From: Gemmiger sp.
Lineage (GTDB): Bacteria; Bacillota; Clostridia; Oscillospirales; Ruminococcaceae
DNA length: 64,000 bases
Direction: 5' to 3'
NCBI GenBank assembly: GCA_028710135.1
Contig: JAQUSS010000001.1
Coordinates: 14,751 to 78,750 of the forward strand
In this document: one piece after another, positions 8,795-18,393 of the stretch
Position numbering within the stretch: position 1 is the first letter of the stretch
Layout: every line of letters starts with the position of its first letter
The notes under the pieces: generated by a model
The model's input: only the letters and a program-made list of their open reading frames with translations
The model's database searches: none
Told to the model about the DNA's origin: nothing
Made by a program: the position numbers and the translations under genes

Positions 8795-11071
8795 ATGCAG
8801 ATAAACATTCCTGCGCTGGTGGCGCAGCTTACCTTAGAGGAAAAGGCGGGGCTATGCTCGGGCGCAGATAGCTGGCACACCAAGGCCGTGGCCCGGCTTG
8901 CCATCCCGGATATTATGGTATCGGATGGCCCGCACGGGCTGCGCAAGCAAGCCCCCGCCAGTGCCGACCCTGACGATAGCATCCAGGCGGTCTGCTTCCC
9001 CGCCGCCTGCGCCACCGCCGCAAGCTTTGATACCACCCTTTGCCACCGCGAGGGTGAATTGCTGGGCGATGAATGCCGGGCCGAGGGGGTTTCGGTGTTA
9101 CTTGGCCCCGCCGTCAACCTAAAACGCAGCCCCCTCTGCGGGCGGAATTTTGAATATTATTCCGAGGACCCGTTTTTGGCGGGCAGCCTGGCCGCCGCCT
9201 TTATCAGCGGGGTACAAAGCCGGGGGGTGGGCACCTCCATCAAGCATTTTGCCGCCAATAACCAAGAATACCGCCGGATGACCGTGATGAGCGAGATGGC
9301 CCCCCGCACCCTGCGGGAGCTGTACCTGCCTGCCTTTGAGCGGGCGGTAAAAGAGGCCCAGCCCATGACGGTGATGTGCAGCTACAACGGGGTGAACGGC
9401 ACCCTGGCCAGCGAAAACAAAACCCTGTTAACCGATATTTTGCGGGGCGAATGGGGCTTTGATGGGGTGGTGATGTCCGATTGGGGCGCGGTGAACGACC
9501 GTGTAAAGGCCCTGCAAGCGGGCCTTGAGCTGGAAATGCCCTCCTCCCAAGGGGTGAACGACCAAAAAATCATCGAGGCCGTGCGGGCAGGCACCCTAAG
9601 CGAAGCCGTGCTGGATCAAGCGGTTACCCGCCTCCTGAACCTAATTTACCGCTGCCACGATGCCGCCCAGCAGCCCGAAACCCCGGTGTTTGACCGCCCC
9701 ACCCACCACCAGGCGGCCACCGAGATGGAAACCGAGTGCGCCGTTTTGCTGAAAAACAAGGGGGTGCTGCCCCTGAAAGCCGGGCAGAAGGTGGTGTACA
9801 TTGGCGGCTTTGCCGAAACGCCCCGTTACCAGGGTGGCGGCTCCAGCCACATCCGGGCAAGCCGGGTGGTAAGTGCCCTGGATGCCGCCGAGGAAAAGGG
9901 GCGGATGGTGCAGTTTGTGCGCGGCTACCCTGCCAACCGCGATGAGCGGGAGGAAGCCGAGTTTATGCGGGCGGTGGATGCCGCCGAGCGCGCCGAGGTT
10001 GCCGTTATTTTTGCGGGCCTGCCCGATAGCTTTGAGTGCGAGGGGTACGACCGCAAGCATATGCGGTTGCCCGAGTGCCAAAATAACCTGATTGCCCGTG
10101 TGGCGGCGGTGCAGCCCAACACGGTGGTGGTGCTGCACACCGGCAGCCCGGTGGAATGCCCCTGGGCCGAGGATGTGGCCGGGGTGCTGTGCCTATACCT
10201 TGGGGGCGAGGGGGTGGGTGCCGCCGCCGATGCCCTGCTGTATGGCGATGCCAACCCCTGCGGCCGCCTGCCCGAAAGCTGGCCATTGCGGTTGGAGGAT
10301 AGCCCCAGCTACCTGAACTTCCCGGGGGATGGCAAGCACGCCCGCTATGCCGAGGGGGTGTATGTGGGTTACCGCTGGTACGATGCCCGCCAAATGTGTG
10401 TGCGCTGGCCGTTTGGCCATGGCCTTAGCTATACGGGGTTTGTTTACCATGCGCCCCGCATCTCGGCCCCCGTCCTGGCGGATGGGCAAACGGTAACGGT
10501 ATCGCTGGAGGTGAAAAACACCGGCGCGTTGCCGGGCAAGGAGGTTGTGCAGCTGTACGTTGCGGATGCCACCGGAACCCCGGGCCGCCCCCCCAAGGAG
10601 CTAAAGGGCTTTGCCAAGCTGGCCCTAAACCCCGGCGAGGAAAAAACCGTATCCTTTACCCTATCCCCGCGCGATTTCAGCTATTACGACGAGGCACTGG
10701 GCGATTGGTATGCCACGCCGGGGCGGTACAAGATATTGTTGGGGCATTCCAGCCGGAACCTGCCCGCGGCCTTGGAGGTAACGGTGCAAACGGCGCGGCG
10801 GCTGCCCATGCAGGTGGGTGCCAACACCGTGATGGGCGATTTGTTGCGGGATGACCGCACCGCGGCCCTGGCCCGCGAGATTGCGCAAACCTATTTTGCC
10901 GGCAAGGAACGCCGCTCCGATGCGGCGCAGGAGGCCATCACCCCCGAGATGAACCTGCAAATGCTCGAAAATGCGCCCCTGCGCAGGCTGCGCGGGCTGC
11001 AAGGCACCGATGAAGCGGGCCTACAGGCCGTGATTGCCAAGCTGCAAGCCGCCGTGGATGCCGCAAATTAA
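8795..11071 (+). CDS. Glycoside hydrolase family 3 (beta-glucosidase-like) with Fn3-like and extra C-terminal domains
   Basis: SDGPHG, GRNFEYYSEDP, KHFAANNQE, nucleophile motif VMSDWGA, YVGYRWYD, PFGHGLSY; AAGGAGG RBS. Confidence 0.94.
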   Translation: MQINIPALVAQLTLEEKAGLCSGADSWHTKAVARLAIPDIMVSDGPHGLRKQAPASADPDDSIQAVCFPAACATAASFDTTLCHREGELLGDECRAEGVSVLLGPAVNLKRSPLCGRNFEYYSEDPFLAGSLAAAFISGVQSRGVGTSIKHFAANNQEYRRMTVMSEMAPRTLRELYLPAFERAVKEAQPMTVMCSYNGVNGTLASENKTLLTDILRGEWGFDGVVMSDWGAVNDRVKALQAGLELEMPSSQGVNDQKIIEAVRAGTLSEAVLDQAVTRLLNLIYRCHDAAQQPETPVFDRPTHHQAATEMETECAVLLKNKGVLPLKAGQKVVYIGGFAETPRYQGGGSSHIRASRVVSALDAAEEKGRMVQFVRGYPANRDEREEAEFMRAVDAAERAEVAVIFAGLPDSFECEGYDRKHMRLPECQNNLIARVAAVQPNTVVVLHTGSPVECPWAEDVAGVLCLYLGGEGVGAAADALLYGDANPCGRLPESWPLRLEDSPSYLNFPGDGKHARYAEGVYVGYRWYDARQMCVRWPFGHGLSYTGFVYHAPRISAPVLADGQTVTVSLEVKNTGALPGKEVVQLYVADATGTPGRPPKELKGFAKLALNPGEEKTVSFTLSPRDFSYYDEALGDWYATPGRYKILLGHSSRNLPAALEVTVQTARRLPMQVGANTVMGDLLRDDRTAALAREIAQTYFAGKERRSDAAQEAITPEMNLQMLENAPLRRLRGLQGTDEAGLQAVIAKLQAAVDAAN

Positions 11072-11192
11072 TTTGTTGCCTTGGCAACAACGCGGGGCGC
11101 AAAAGCAGGGTAGAATAAGAACATAGCAAGGGCGATGCCCCACCGCACTGGGCGGGGGCCGCCGGCTATATAACAAAAAGGAGGCCCTTGAA

Positions 11193-11504
11193 ATGGCTGT
11201 ACTGACATTGACGAAGGAAAATTTTGACGCAGAGGTTATGGCGGCCAGCGAGCCGGTATTGGTGGATTTTTGGGCTACCTGGTGCGGCCCGTGCCGGATG
11301 ATGGGCCCGGTGGTGGATGCCGTGGCGGAGGAAACCGCCGGGGTGAAGGTTGGCAAGGTGAATGTGGACGAGCAGCCTGAGCTGGCCCGCCAGTATGGCG
11401 TGCAAAGCATCCCGACCTTGATTGTTTTCAAAAACGGGCAGCCGGCGGCACAGTCTACCGGGGCCGTGCCCAAGGCCAAGGTTTTGGCGTTGCTGGGCAA
11501 ATAA
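11193..11504 (+). CDS. trxA: Thioredoxin
   Basis: WCGPC active site; 103 aa; AAGGAGG RBS. Confidence 0.96.
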   Translation: MAVLTLTKENFDAEVMAASEPVLVDFWATWCGPCRMMGPVVDAVAEETAGVKVGKVNVDEQPELARQYGVQSIPTLIVFKNGQPAAQSTGAVPKAKVLALLGK

Positions 11505-11539
11505 AATTTGCTGAAAATTTGCCGGTAAACATAAAATAA

Positions 11540-11591
11540 AAAACACCGCGCACCGTGCTGCCACCTTGGCAGGAACGGTGCGCGGTGTTTT
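11540..11591. terminator. Intrinsic terminator after trxA
   Basis: AAAACACCGCGCACCGT...ACGGTGCGCGGTGTTTT. Confidence 0.75.
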
Positions 11592-11620
11592 GGTGTACGG
11601 GGGGTACGGGGGATGCGGGG

Positions 11621-11659
11621 GATACGCGGCTTTCTGAAGAAAGCCTAGCAAAGACTTTT
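11621..11659 (+). repeat. 39-bp dispersed palindromic repeat, copy 1
   Basis: GATACGCGGCTTTCTGAAGAAAGCCTAGCAAAGACTTTT; matches the reverse complement of 40343-40381 with one mismatch. Confidence 0.8.
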
Positions 11660-11793
11660 AATACATATTTAAATTTTATTTATTTTTTGGGGTACAAGAA
11701 TGCAAGGGGGGAACAGCAGGCGAATGCTGGGGGCGCTGGGGGCCGGTTGCCGGGCAGGCTGCGGCCCGCTGCACGTTTATCGGGGGCAGGGTT

Positions 11794-12657
11794 TTAGGCC
11801 ACCGGGGCTTGCAGCACAAAGGTTTGCACGGCCCAAATGCCCAGCACCACCACGCCCAGCGCAATGCGGTACCAGCCAAAGGCGGCAAAGCTGTGCTTTT
11901 TTACATAGTCCATCAAAAAGCGGATAGCCGCCATCGATACCACAAAGGCCGCAATGCAGCCCACCGCCAGCACGGCAACCTCCAACCCGGTAAACGTGTT
12001 GCCCTTTAAAAAGAACTTGGCAAGCTTTAGCCCGCTGGCACCCAGCATCACCGGGATTGCCAAAAAGAAGGTAAACTGGGCCGCGCAGGGGCGGCTCATC
12101 CCGCACAAAATGCCACCCAAAATGGTGCTGCCGCTCCGGCTGGTGCCGGGTATCAGCGATAGTACCTGCCACCCGCCCACCGTTATGGCCTGCTTGTAGC
12201 GGATGCGCGTCAGCTTGGTGGTATCGGCGGGGCGGGGGCGGCGCTCCACCAAAATAAACGCCACGCCGTAAATAATCAGCATCAGGGCCACCACAACACT
12301 GTTGTACAGGTGGGCGTCCATCCAATCGTCCAGCAAAATGCCCAGCACCGCCGCCGGGATGCAGGCCACCAAAATTTTGCACCACAGCCGCACCACCGGC
12401 CAACGCAGGTGCTTGGTAATGCCGCTATCCCGCCCGTTATCGGCGCAAAAGGGCCACAGCTTTTTAAAGTACAGTACCACCACGGCCAAAATGGCCCCCA
12501 GCTGTATCACCACACGGAACATTTGCATAAAATCAGCCGAAAGGTCAAACTGCAACACCTGCTCGGCCAAAATCATATGCCCGGTGCTGGAGATGGGCAA
12601 CCACTCGGTAATACCCTCAATAATGCCGTAAATAATGGCTTTTATAATATCAAACAT
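11794..12657 (-). CDS. uppP: Undecaprenyl-diphosphate phosphatase (BacA/UppP)
   Basis: EGITEWLPISSTGH, IQLGAILAV, PGTSRSGSTI. Confidence 0.95.
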   Translation of the reverse strand: MFDIIKAIIYGIIEGITEWLPISSTGHMILAEQVLQFDLSADFMQMFRVVIQLGAILAVVVLYFKKLWPFCADNGRDSGITKHLRWPVVRLWCKILVACIPAAVLGILLDDWMDAHLYNSVVVALMLIIYGVAFILVERRPRPADTTKLTRIRYKQAITVGGWQVLSLIPGTSRSGSTILGGILCGMSRPCAAQFTFFLAIPVMLGASGLKLAKFFLKGNTFTGLEVAVLAVGCIAAFVVSMAAIRFLMDYVKKHSFAAFGWYRIALGVVVLGIWAVQTFVLQAPVA

Positions 12658-12807
12658 CCGTTTATACCCCCTATTGATAGTTCTATTCTAGCACAATCCG
12701 GTCAACTTGTCAGCGCCTTGCGCGAATTTTAACCCCCGCCTGCCGGTTGCGGTTTTGCACCAAGGCTCGTATAATAAAAGCTATCTAGATGTATGAGGAG
12801 TGGAAGT

Positions 12808-13482
12808 ATGTATAGAACGGTAATTTTTGATTTGGATGGCACCCTGCTAAACACCATTGACGACCTGGCCGATACCGCCAACCGCCTGTGTGCGGCGCGG
12901 GGCTGGCCCACCTTTACGGTGGACGAATACAAGTATTTTGTGGGCAACGGCATCCCCAAGCTGGTGGAGCGCTTCACCCCCGCCGCCCAGCGCGACCCTG
13001 CCACCCTAGCGGCAGTATACAAGGCCTTTGATGCCGATTATCACCAGCACATGATGGATAAAACCGCCCCCTACCCCGGCATGGCGGCCCTGCTGGCCGA
13101 GCTTGCCGGGGCCGGGGTGCAGCTTGCGGTATTTTCCAACAAGGACGATGCCCTGGCCGCCGGGGTGGTGGGGCATTATTTTGATGCCTCGGTGTTTGAT
13201 ATTGTGCGGGGCGCGCTGCCGGGTGTGCCCCACAAGCCCGCGCCCGAGGGTACCAACGCCCTGCTCAAGGCCCTGAAGGCCGACCCTGCCACCACCCTGT
13301 ATGTGGGGGATAGCAATGTGGATGTGGCAACGGCCAAAAACGCCGGGCTGCCCTGCTGCGGGGTGCTGTGGGGGTTCCGCACCGGGGCCGAGCTGGTGGC
13401 CGCCGGGGCCGATGCCCTGGCCGATACCGCCGCCACCCTGCGCCGGGTGATTATGGAAGGGGTTGAACCCAAAAATGCGTAA
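12808..13482 (+). CDS. HAD-family hydrolase (phosphoglycolate phosphatase-like)
   Basis: IFDLDGTL, KPAP, YVGDSNVD. Confidence 0.9.
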   Translation: MYRTVIFDLDGTLLNTIDDLADTANRLCAARGWPTFTVDEYKYFVGNGIPKLVERFTPAAQRDPATLAAVYKAFDADYHQHMMDKTAPYPGMAALLAELAGAGVQLAVFSNKDDALAAGVVGHYFDASVFDIVRGALPGVPHKPAPEGTNALLKALKADPATTLYVGDSNVDVATAKNAGLPCCGVLWGFRTGAELVAAGADALADTAATLRRVIMEGVEPKNA

Positions 13483-13912
13483 GCCGCTTCGCCTTTTGGT
13501 GATCGATGGCCAGGGCGGGCGCATTGGCCAACAGCTGACCGAACAGCTGCTGGCCGCCCTGCCGGAGGCCGAGCTGGTGGCCGTGGGCACCAACGCCGCC
13601 GCCACCGCCGCCATGCGCAAGGGCGGGGCCACCCTGGCCGCCACCGGCGAAAATGCCGTGCTGGTAAACGCCCGCCGCGCCGATGTAATTTTGGGCCCGG
13701 TTGGCATTGTGATAGCGGATGCCCTGCTGGGGGAAATTACCCCCGCCATGGCCACCGCCGTGGGCCAGGCCGATGCCAAGCTGGTGCTAATCCCCGTAAG
13801 CCGGTGCAACCACCTGGTGGCCGGCACCCAAAACCTGCCGGTGGGCGAGTGCATCCGCCAGGCGGTGGAGCTGGCCGTGGCCTTTGCCGGTGGGCGCGCC
13901 GTGCCCTGCTAA
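13475..13912 (+). CDS. DUF3842 family protein
   Basis: VIDGQGGRIG...AVGTNAAAT...ATGENA...GEITPAMA signature; overlaps the HAD stop codon. Confidence 0.85.
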   Translation: MRKPLRLLVIDGQGGRIGQQLTEQLLAALPEAELVAVGTNAAATAAMRKGGATLAATGENAVLVNARRADVILGPVGIVIADALLGEITPAMATAVGQADAKLVLIPVSRCNHLVAGTQNLPVGECIRQAVELAVAFAGGRAVPC

Positions 13913-14151
13913 ACGGCCAAACGGGGCGGAACAAAAAAACAGCCCGCCGCCGCGCCGTTATGGCCACCGGCATACAAGCAGCGCGCCCGCCAAGCCAAGC
14001 GGCAACCATGCCGCAAGCCTTGGGGCCGTTTCTGTCCGGTTTTGGTCCAGTTTCGGTCAGTTTTGGTTCAGTTTTGGCCTGATTTTTCCCGGTTTTTTGC
14101 CCGTGTTTTTGCCGGATACCATCTGGAATACCATCTGTAGGAGGGGAAATT

Positions 14152-15342
14152 GTGATTACCAACCAATACCTGCAATCTCTGGCGGATAAATCCGTCATCC
14201 GCACTTTAAGCGAGTGGAGCACCGCCCGCGGGGCCGAAATTGGGTACGATAATGTGTTCGATTATTCGCTGGGCAACCCCAGCGTACCCTGCCCGCCCCA
14301 GTTTACCGCCGCGCTGGAACGGTTGCTTCAAACGCAGGAGCCGGTGGCCCTGCATGGGTACAGCCCCTCGCAAAGCTTGCCCAGCGTCCGCGCCGCCGTG
14401 GCCGAAAACCTGCGCCGCCGCTTTGGCATACCCTACACAGCAGCGCACATTTTTATGACCTGCGGCGCCGCGGGCGCGCTGGCCCACGCGCTGCGCTGCG
14501 TGGCCGCCCCCGGGCAGGAGGTTATCACCTTTGCGCCCTATTTCCCGGAATATAAGCCCTATGTGGAGGGTGCGGGCCTGGTTTTAAAGGTGGTGCCCCC
14601 CCGCACGGCGGATTTTCAAATTGATTTCGACGCGCTGGAACGCCAGCTTACCCCCAACACCGCCGCCATTTTGGTAAACACCCCCAACAACCCCTCGGGC
14701 GCGGCCTACAGCGCCGCCACCCTCACCCGGCTGGCCGGGGTGCTGGCGGCGGCCTCCCAAAAATGGGGCCACATCATTTTTTTAATTTCGGACGAGCCCT
14801 ACCGCGAAATTTTGTTTGGCGGCAAAACGGTGGACTATGTGGCAAAATTTTACCCCCACACCCTCACCTGCTACTCCTTCTCCAAAAGTTTAAGCCTGCC
14901 GGGCGAGCGCATCGGCTACCTGGCCGCCAACCCCGCCTGCGAGATGGCCGATAAAATTGTGCCTATCTGCGCGCAAATCAGCCGTGGCATTGGGCACAAC
15001 TGCCCGGCCAGCAGCATCCAGCTTGCGGTGGCCGAATGCCTGGAGCAAACCAGCGATTTAACCGTTTACGAGAAAAATATGGAGCTGCTGTACGCCAAGC
15101 TGGTGGCGCTGGGCTTCCGGGTGCAAAAGCCGGGCGGCACCTTCTACATCTTCCCCCAATCGCCCGAGCCGGACGCGGTGGCCTTCAGCGAGAAGGCCAA
15201 AAAATACGACCTTGCCCTTGTGCCCGGCGATAGCTTTGGCTGCCCCGGTTACTTCCGCATGGCCTACTGCATCAGCACCGAAAAAGTGCAGCGCAGCCTG
15301 CCCGCCCTAGAAAAGCTGATGCACACCGAATACCCCCGCTGA
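14152..15342 (+). CDS. PLP-dependent class I/II aminotransferase (aspartate aminotransferase-like)
   Basis: SLGNP, NTPNNPSG, ISDEPY, SFSKSLSLPGERIGY; GGAGG RBS before GTG. Confidence 0.92.
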   Translation: MITNQYLQSLADKSVIRTLSEWSTARGAEIGYDNVFDYSLGNPSVPCPPQFTAALERLLQTQEPVALHGYSPSQSLPSVRAAVAENLRRRFGIPYTAAHIFMTCGAAGALAHALRCVAAPGQEVITFAPYFPEYKPYVEGAGLVLKVVPPRTADFQIDFDALERQLTPNTAAILVNTPNNPSGAAYSAATLTRLAGVLAAASQKWGHIIFLISDEPYREILFGGKTVDYVAKFYPHTLTCYSFSKSLSLPGERIGYLAANPACEMADKIVPICAQISRGIGHNCPASSIQLAVAECLEQTSDLTVYEKNMELLYAKLVALGFRVQKPGGTFYIFPQSPEPDAVAFSEKAKKYDLALVPGDSFGCPGYFRMAYCISTEKVQRSLPALEKLMHTEYPR

Positions 15343-15400
15343 CCAAGCGGCGGATGTATGCCACGATACCCCAATACAGGAAAATGAGGAGGCACCCCCT

Positions 15401-16234
15401 ATGAAAATACCCGGAAAAGGCTTTACACACGGCGGCAAGTTCCATGCCGACGATGTTTTTTCTACCGCGCTGTTGCAGCTATTGCGCCCGGACATTCAAG
15501 TAACGCGGGGCTTTACCGTGCCCGATGGCTTTGACGGCATTGTGTACGATGTGGGGGGCGGCATGTTTGACCACCACACCGAGCCGCGCGAAGCCCGCCC
15601 GAACGGCACCCCCTATGCGGCCTTTGGCCTGCTGTGGCGGGTGCTGGGCGCGGGGCTGGTGGGGGAGCACCAGGCCCGCCTGCTGGACGAAAACTTCATC
15701 CAGCCGTTGGATTTGAACGATAACACCGGGGAGCAAAACTCGCTGGCAGATGCGATTGGCAGCTTTAACCCGGTGTGGGATTGTAAGGACGACCCCGACG
15801 TTTGCTTTTGGCGGGCCGTGCCCTTTGCCAAGGCCGTGCTGGAGAACGAGATTGCCCAGGCAAACGCCGTGAACCGGGCGGATGCCACCGTGCAAAACGC
15901 CCACAAAAACGCCAAGGACGGCATTGTGGTACTGCCCGCCTATATGCCCTGGAAAAACGGGCTGTACAAGACGGATGCCGTGTATGTGGTGTACCCCAGC
16001 CAGCGGGGCGGCTGGAGCGCCCAGTGTGTGAACGACACCAAAACCAAGCGGAGCAAGCAGCCCTTCCCGGCAAGCTGGGGCGGCCAGCCGGAGGAGATTT
16101 TGCGGCAAAAAAGTGGCCTTGGGCTGCGTTTTTGCCACCCCAGCCGCTTTTTGATTACCACCGATACCAAGGAGGATGCCGTGGCAGCCTGCCGCTATAC
16201 CCTGAAAGCTGCCGGGCGGCCGGTTAGCGAATGA
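15401..16234 (+). CDS. MYG1 family protein (putative metal-dependent exonuclease)
   Basis: THGGKFHADD, YDVGGGMFDHH, YAAFGLLW, FCHPSRF. Confidence 0.9.
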   Translation: MKIPGKGFTHGGKFHADDVFSTALLQLLRPDIQVTRGFTVPDGFDGIVYDVGGGMFDHHTEPREARPNGTPYAAFGLLWRVLGAGLVGEHQARLLDENFIQPLDLNDNTGEQNSLADAIGSFNPVWDCKDDPDVCFWRAVPFAKAVLENEIAQANAVNRADATVQNAHKNAKDGIVVLPAYMPWKNGLYKTDAVYVVYPSQRGGWSAQCVNDTKTKRSKQPFPASWGGQPEEILRQKSGLGLRFCHPSRFLITTDTKEDAVAACRYTLKAAGRPVSE

Positions 16235-17124
16235 GCGGGCCGCTGCGTGGGCCAGCCCCCAGCATGGCGGGGGCGCGGCAGCCCAGCACCCCGCCCGCCT
16301 ACGCCTACCTTTTGCGCTGCGAGGATGGCAGCCTGTATGCCGGTTGGACGAACGATTTGGCCCGCCGTATGCAGGCCCACAAAACCGGGCGGGGGGCCAA
16401 ATACACCCGCGCCCGCCACGGCGAAAACCTGGCCTATGCCGAGCGGTGCGAAACCAAAAGCGCCGCCATGCGGCGGGAAGCGGCCCTGAAAGCCCTGACC
16501 AAGGCCGAAAAGGAGGCCCTGGCCAGCGCCTGGGCCGAGCAAAACCGCGTTACGGTGCGCCTAGCCACCCCCGAGGATGCCGAGGCGGTGGTGGCGCTTT
16601 ACGGCTGGTATGTTACCCACACCACCGCGACCTTTCAGTACACGGTGCCCACGGTGGCAGAGTACCGGCAAAAAATAGCCGATACCCTTGAGAAGGCCCC
16701 CTTTTTGGTGGCCTACTGTGCGGATGGCAGCCTGCGCGGGTACGCCTGCGCCCACCTTTGGCACGAGCGGGAAGCCTATGCCTGGGATGTGGAAACCACC
16801 ATCTACTGTGCCCCCGAAGGCGTTGGCTGCGGGGTGGGGCGGCGGCTGTATACCGCGCTGCTGGCCATGCTGAAGGCGCAGGGCTACTATAACGCGTTTG
16901 CCCTGGTGGCCAGCCCCAACCCGGCATCGGATGCCTTCCACAAGGCGATGGGGTTTGTGCGCTTTGGGTTGGAGCCGCGCACCGGGTACAAATTTGGGCA
17001 GTGGCAGGGCCTGGGTTACTGGATGCTGCCCCTGCAACCCGGCACCGCCCCGCCCGAGCCGGTTTGCTACCGGCTGGACGAAAAAACCGTAGAAAAAATT
17101 TTAAAAAAGGCGAACCAGGCGTAA
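16231..17124 (+). CDS. GIY-YIG (UPF0213-like) nuclease fused to a GNAT acetyltransferase (Pat/YncA-like)
   Basis: N-terminal YAYLLRCEDGSLYAGWTNDLARR...H...GAKYT...AMRREAALK. C-terminal VRLATPEDA...GCGVGRRLY...PNPASDAFHKAMGF...GYKFGQW. ATGA overlap with MYG1. Confidence 0.88.
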   Translation: MSGPLRGPAPSMAGARQPSTPPAYAYLLRCEDGSLYAGWTNDLARRMQAHKTGRGAKYTRARHGENLAYAERCETKSAAMRREAALKALTKAEKEALASAWAEQNRVTVRLATPEDAEAVVALYGWYVTHTTATFQYTVPTVAEYRQKIADTLEKAPFLVAYCADGSLRGYACAHLWHEREAYAWDVETTIYCAPEGVGCGVGRRLYTALLAMLKAQGYYNAFALVASPNPASDAFHKAMGFVRFGLEPRTGYKFGQWQGLGYWMLPLQPGTAPPEPVCYRLDEKTVEKILKKANQA

Positions 17125-17239
17125 TTTTGGCAGAACCCGGCACCGCCGAACCCCTGTACAGCCAGGCATAAAACCGCCCCGGCGCAGCCCCACCAATTTG
17201 GTGGGGCCTGCGCCGGGGCGGGTTGGGTGTGTGGGGGGA

Positions 17240-18393
17240 TTTTGGCAAGGCCCGTTGCCCCATTGGGCGGGCACGATGTATCGTGCCCCTACGGAGGCAC
17301 CATGCGGCGGCGATGTGAATTTGCCAGGGCACGTTGTAATTACCGCAACCCTGTGTGGTGGGCGGTGTGATTTTTTTCATGGCGCGTTGTAATCACCGCA
17401 ACCCGTAGGGCCACCATACATGGTGGCCGCCCCACCACGGCCACGCGCCCCCCGTTTTGCCATGGTGCCTGCCACCGGGGCGCGTGGGGTACAAATTTTG
17501 CCCAGGGGCCGGGGGGCCGGGGGGCGCGATGCAAATTTTGGCAAGGCCCGCCACCCCCATAGGGCGGGCACGATGTATCGTGCCCCTACGGAGGCACCAT
17601 GCGGCGGCGATGTGAATTTGCCAGGGCACATTGTAATTACCGCAACCCCGTGTGGTGGGCGGTTTGATTTTTTTCATGGCGCGTTGTAATCACCGCAACC
17701 CGTAGGGCCACCATACATGGTGGCCGCCCCGCCACGGCCACGCGCCCCCCGTTTTGCCATGGTGCCTGCCACCGGGGCGCGTGGGGTGAATTTTGCCAGG
17801 CCCGTTGCCCCCATAGGGCGAGCACGATGTATCGTGCCCCTACGGAGGCACCATGCGGCGGCGATGTGAATTTGCCAGGGCACGTTGTAATTACCGCAAC
17901 CCCGTGTGGTGGGCGGTTTGATTTTTGCGAGGGCGCGTTGTGATTGTTGCAACCCGTAGGGCCACCATACATGGTGGCCGCCCCGCCACGGCCACGCGCC
18001 CCCCATTTTGCCGTGGTGCCTGCCACCGGGGCGCGTGGGGTGAATTTTGCCAGGCCCCGTTGCCCCCATAGGGCGGGCACGATGTATCGTGCCCCTACGG
18101 AGGCACCATGCGGCGGCGATGTGAATTTGCCAGGGCACGTTGTAATTACCGCAACCCTGTGTGGTGGGCGGTGTGATTTTTGCCATGGCGCGTTGTAATT
18201 GTTGCAACCCGTAGGGCCACCATACATGGTGGCCGCCCCGCCAAGGCCACGCGCCCCCGTTTTGCCATGGCGCCTGCCACCGGGGCGCGGGGTACAAATT
18301 TTGCCCAGGGGCGGGGGGCCGTGGTGCGCGATGCAAATTTTGGCAAGGCCCGTTGCCCCCATAGGGCGGGCACGATGTATCGTGCCCCTACGG
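17240..18393. repeat. Tandem BIME-like array of GTAG-type REP palindromes (4 full units of 254-297 bp plus a fifth REP)
   Basis: REP-A (minus strand, GTAGGGGCACGATACATCGTGCCCGCCC) near 17269, 17566, 17820, 18075 and 18368. REP-B (plus strand, GTAGGGCCACCATACATGGTGGCCGCCC) at 17405, 17702, 17956 and 18211. Linkers are conserved. Confidence 0.92.

Noticed and set aside
16231-16560. Homing endonuclease or mobile intron
   Set aside because: Short UPF0213-type GIY-YIG domain without DNA-binding extensions, and no interrupted host gene.
17240-18393. CRISPR array
   Set aside because: The intervening sequences are near-identical rather than unique spacers, units are 254-297 bp, palindromes alternate in strand, and no cas genes are present.
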